Virus record (IMG/VR): IMGVR_UViG_3300012232_000003
Location: 788-64,787 of that record
DNA: 64,000 nt
Strand: one strand, 5' to 3'
From: a virus
Taxonomy: Duplodnaviria; Caudoviricetes
Part shown: positions 61,252-64,000 of the stretch, piece by piece
Numbering within the stretch: position 1 is the stretch's first letter
Layout of the letters: the number at the start of each line of letters is the position of its first letter
Program-made: the position numbers and the translations under genes
The notes under the pieces: generated by a model
Databases searched by the model: none
Told to the model about the DNA's origin: nothing
What the model saw: only the letters and a program-made list of their open reading frames with translations

Positions 61252-63233
61252 AACGCAAGCTCCTTCATGTGCGACCGATAGTCTTTGTCGCACTCCTCGA
61301 AGATCTCAGGACCCAGCTCGATCTTGCCGGTATAGGGCTCGACCTCATCTAGGTCAAGGTCATCGAGCTCGTAGGTCAAGGTGATGTGTGGCTGATAGTC
61401 ACCTGGGTATTTGTGCATTGCACCTACACCACCGATGACAAGGTGACGGTACTCGATGTCAGTGCTTTTGAACCTCAGGACTACGGCGCCCCCATCAAAC
61501 TGTTCGACGACACGAGCACCACCGGGCTTGACGACGAGCTCACCATCTTGGTTTGGGTTCCAGTCATCGGGAACTGTGAACCAATCAATATCGGCTTGCG
61601 AGTACATTACCGTAACGTGCATCTCATCGGGACCGAGCAAAGAGCTAAAGCCCTGGCCCTTGGCCCACGAGATGATGTCATCCGCGTTGAGCACCATCCT
61701 CTTGACGTAGAGGCTACGAGGCAACGTGTGGGCTTTAAGGTATTCCTTACCAAACTCCGAGCCCTTGAATAGGTGCAACTGCTGAGTGGTCAGTGACAAC
61801 TTGCGACCACCAACCTTGAGCGCGTTGGTCAGGATGCCCACCGCCTCACGATCAGCAGCACCGTTGGGCACAGGTGCATCTGGCTCTTCGAGCAGGGTAT
61901 CCTCTGGGAGTGGCTCCTCCATCTCCTCACCATACTCGCTCTTGGGCTCAAGGCCAAGGAACTCTTTTCGGAACTCCTCTTCGGGTACCACGATCTCAGC
62001 ACCAGGACTGGTGACGTAGTTCTTGAGTGTCTCGCTGCGGGTCTTGCCCACCTCGGCTGCCTTCTGTGGACCGAGCCCATCACCAGGCCACTGCACTTCC
62101 CACTGACCCTCGGGCTGGATGATGTTGCCGGTGAGGATGAGCTTGCTGATCACCGGCTTGAGGATGAACGGCGTCGCATAGTTGATCCGTCGCTCCTCGA
62201 GTCTCTGGGACCAGTTGTTCTCATCTTGGTCAGAGGACAGCTCGCCACGTTCTGAGCCGATGAGGATGCGCTTCGGTATGCTGGTAGCACCGGCGATGAC
62301 ATCGAGCACCTTCTCGAGCAACGGACCGGGATCGTTGATGGTATTCTGCAACTGTGTTGGTGTCACACCTTGAAGAGCCGTAATGCGCTTGAGCTGATTG
62401 CCAAACTCGTCGGCCTGTTGCTCCATGCGTGCGAGCTCAGCGTCACTAAATGACGCGTCCTTGTCGGCGGACCAGACCATGCCACCACGAGCGTTGTACC
62501 AGTATGACTCCGCTCCCGCTCCCAACAGCTTCTCCAAATCCTGCAGTAGGTTGAACACTGGTACGAGGCGGGGCAGTCCATACACCTCATCCTCATCGAG
62601 ATACTCCGCAAGGTGGATCACTCGTGACCAGTGACATCTGAAGGAACGTTGGCCGCTGGGTGATTGACCACCACCCACCACTGGGTTGCCCGTCTGCAGG
62701 GTGTAGTACATGGGCTTGCCGTATCGAGGATCCTGCGGATCCGTCACCCACTGATTGATATTAACGTTGGGATCCGAGTACACTGAGATGTAGAGCAGTG
62801 GGAAGTTGCCCTCTCCCATGGGTTGGTCCAACTGCTGCCCATCTCGGAAGCCCAAGAGCAACAAACCGAAGCGACCTGTGCCCGAGACGCGGTCAGCGCG
62901 CTCGAGGTAAGTCATGATGTTGTACTTCTTGAAGCAATCATCATATGACTTGACGAACGGTGAGAAGTCATCGGTCTCCTCGTCGGCTGAGCTCCCCGCC
63001 TCATCTCGGATCAACGGTGGATCGCGCCAGGTGCCCGAGGGAAATGCCTTGATGATCCGGTTGGCCAACCCATTGCGATAGTACATCGCGAAGAGTTGCT
63101 CGACGAGGAGCTGCTTTGGCCAACCGAAGGTGGTGTAGAGATCACGGTTACCCTCGTGCGTGAAGCCGAGGATTGAGGCAAGACGATCGCGCAGGATGGT
63201 AACAACCTGCCGAACGTGTAGAGCCTGAGCCAT
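61248..63233 (-). CDS. Portal protein (DUF1073-like) with C-terminal Acb1-like 2H phosphoesterase domain
   Basis: The portal core has YYRNGLANRII, GRFGLLLLG, CHWSRVIHL, IPKRILIG and SSDQDENNW. The C-terminus has LYV...MHVTVMYS...YQPHITLTY (two HxT motifs). Confidence 0.88.
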   Translation of the reverse strand: MAQALHVRQVVTILRDRLASILGFTHEGNRDLYTTFGWPKQLLVEQLFAMYYRNGLANRIIKAFPSGTWRDPPLIRDEAGSSADEETDDFSPFVKSYDDCFKKYNIMTYLERADRVSGTGRFGLLLLGFRDGQQLDQPMGEGNFPLLYISVYSDPNVNINQWVTDPQDPRYGKPMYYTLQTGNPVVGGGQSPSGQRSFRCHWSRVIHLAEYLDEDEVYGLPRLVPVFNLLQDLEKLLGAGAESYWYNARGGMVWSADKDASFSDAELARMEQQADEFGNQLKRITALQGVTPTQLQNTINDPGPLLEKVLDVIAGATSIPKRILIGSERGELSSDQDENNWSQRLEERRINYATPFILKPVISKLILTGNIIQPEGQWEVQWPGDGLGPQKAAEVGKTRSETLKNYVTSPGAEIVVPEEEFRKEFLGLEPKSEYGEEMEEPLPEDTLLEEPDAPVPNGAADREAVGILTNALKVGGRKLSLTTQQLHLFKGSEFGKEYLKAHTLPRSLYVKRMVLNADDIISWAKGQGFSSLLGPDEMHVTVMYSQADIDWFTVPDDWNPNQDGELVVKPGGARVVEQFDGGAVVLRFKSTDIEYRHLVIGGVGAMHKYPGDYQPHITLTYELDDLDLDEVEPYTGKIELGPEIFEECDKDYRSHMKELAL

Positions 63234-63302
63234 CAGATGGTCCTTATGGCTATGAACACGAAGGCACCGATCACTGTGAGAGCACAGGTCAAAAAGAAAA
63301 GA

Positions 63303-63536
63303 CTACTGACCCGCGGCCTCATCGGTCTTCTCTTCCCAGTAGAAGGTAGCCGGCGGCTCGTTGCCCTTCTGCACCGAGGTCTTGGTCCACTCGCTGGGCG
63401 TTCCGGCTGCGACCACGACGTCCACCAACGTCTCCGAGTGAACGACGGTGACGCGAGCGGGGTACTGCTCGTCGTCTTCCTGGGATGCGGGGTCACCCTT
63501 GTACAACCACACATCCTGTCCTACGATAACGGTCAT
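63303..63536 (-). CDS. Hypothetical protein
   Basis: AGGAG RBS; YPARVTVVHSETLVDVVV pattern. Confidence 0.6.
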   Translation of the reverse strand: MTVIVGQDVWLYKGDPASQEDDEQYPARVTVVHSETLVDVVVAAGTPSEWTKTSVQKGNEPPATFYWEEKTDEAAGQ

Positions 63537-63624
63537 GTTCGTATCTCCTTGCTGATCGCCTACACTTACACCGTCGTGGCTTGTATGGCAAGGTCGGCAC
63601 ACCCCAAGGTGCCGACCGACTGCC

Positions 63625-63846
63625 TCACGTGATCAGCGGCATCAGCCAGCCGATCCTGATCCCCATGCCCGGCAGGATGGTCCTGACGATGATGAGGATA
63701 GCGACCAAGATCACGATGACCCAGATCACCTTCATGATGTTGTCGGGGATAGCAATCCCCAACTGCCCCAGCACCCAAGTGATCAGGTAGACGCAGATCA
63801 CCAAGAGGCAGAGGTAGATCAGTCCCATGATTACGGCTTCGATCAT
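63625..63846 (-). CDS. Small two-TM membrane protein (Thivi_2564-like)
   Basis: Two long hydrophobic helices around GIAIPDNIMK. Confidence 0.65.
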   Translation of the reverse strand: MIEAVIMGLIYLCLLVICVYLITWVLGQLGIAIPDNIMKVIWVIVILVAILIIVRTILPGMGIRIGWLMPLIT

Positions 63847-63859
63847 ACATGTTCTCCTT

Positions 63860-64000
63860 TCAGAACAGTACACCAGCACGGCCCTTGTTAGAGCCGATCA
63901 TCAGATCGGTGAACGCCCACACTCGAGCGTCCATCCGGTCTGGTGATTTCATATTGGCCAATGGGTCCCACGTGCACATCTGATCCTCGAGCTCAGGGAA
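63860..64000 (-). CDS. terL: Terminase large subunit, C-terminal nuclease end (partial)
   Basis: Manual translation FPELEDQMCTWDPLANMKSPDRMDARVWAFTDLM..., containing the SPDRxDA motif. Confidence 0.88.
   Translation of the reverse strand, partial: FPELEDQMCTWDPLANMKSPDRMDARVWAFTDLMIGSNKGRAGVLF

Noticed and set aside
1-64000. tRNA genes, integrase/repressor module, reverse transcriptase/DGR, introns or inteins
   Set aside because: No cloverleaf with a T-loop and CCA pattern was seen in the intergenic gaps, and no recombinase or RT motifs were found. polA, RNR and the helicases have normal lengths without insertions.

Overview
This window is almost the whole genome (about 57% GC by eye) of a siphovirus-like tailed dsDNA phage, probably infecting Alphaproteobacteria (Hyphomicrobiales), judging by its Omp25/RopB-like porin. 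The terminase large subunit is split between the two window ends, so the genome is circularly permuted and probably only about 0.6 kb is missing. The + strand arm (4.0-31.8 kb) carries an SSB-like gene, a nucleotide/DNA-modification block, Pol A, a SprT protease, ThyX, a SNF2 helicase, a nuclease, an array of small genes separated by repeated hairpins, a UvrD helicase and a class II RNR. The modification block encodes a divergent C5-cytosine MTase, a radical SAM/SPASM protein, a T4 BGT-like glycosyltransferase, a MazG-like protein, a kinase-UDG fusion, a dCMP-type thymidylate synthase homologue and a dCMP deaminase. The - strand arm carries primase-polymerase, terminase, portal, head, tail, lysis and porin genes. 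The four most notable observations are: (1) a probable cytosine hypermodification pathway with extra unexplained enzymes; (2) a roughly 6 kb block of four glycosyltransferase-like and four methyltransferase domains inside the head operon, a candidate methylated virion-glycan pathway; (3) a portal protein carrying a C-terminal Acb1-like 2H phosphoesterase; (4) a gene-cassette array with covarying RNA hairpins and an exact 10-mer ribosome-binding motif. All product calls come from reading motifs; no database search was run. No integrase, tRNA or CRISPR array was seen.
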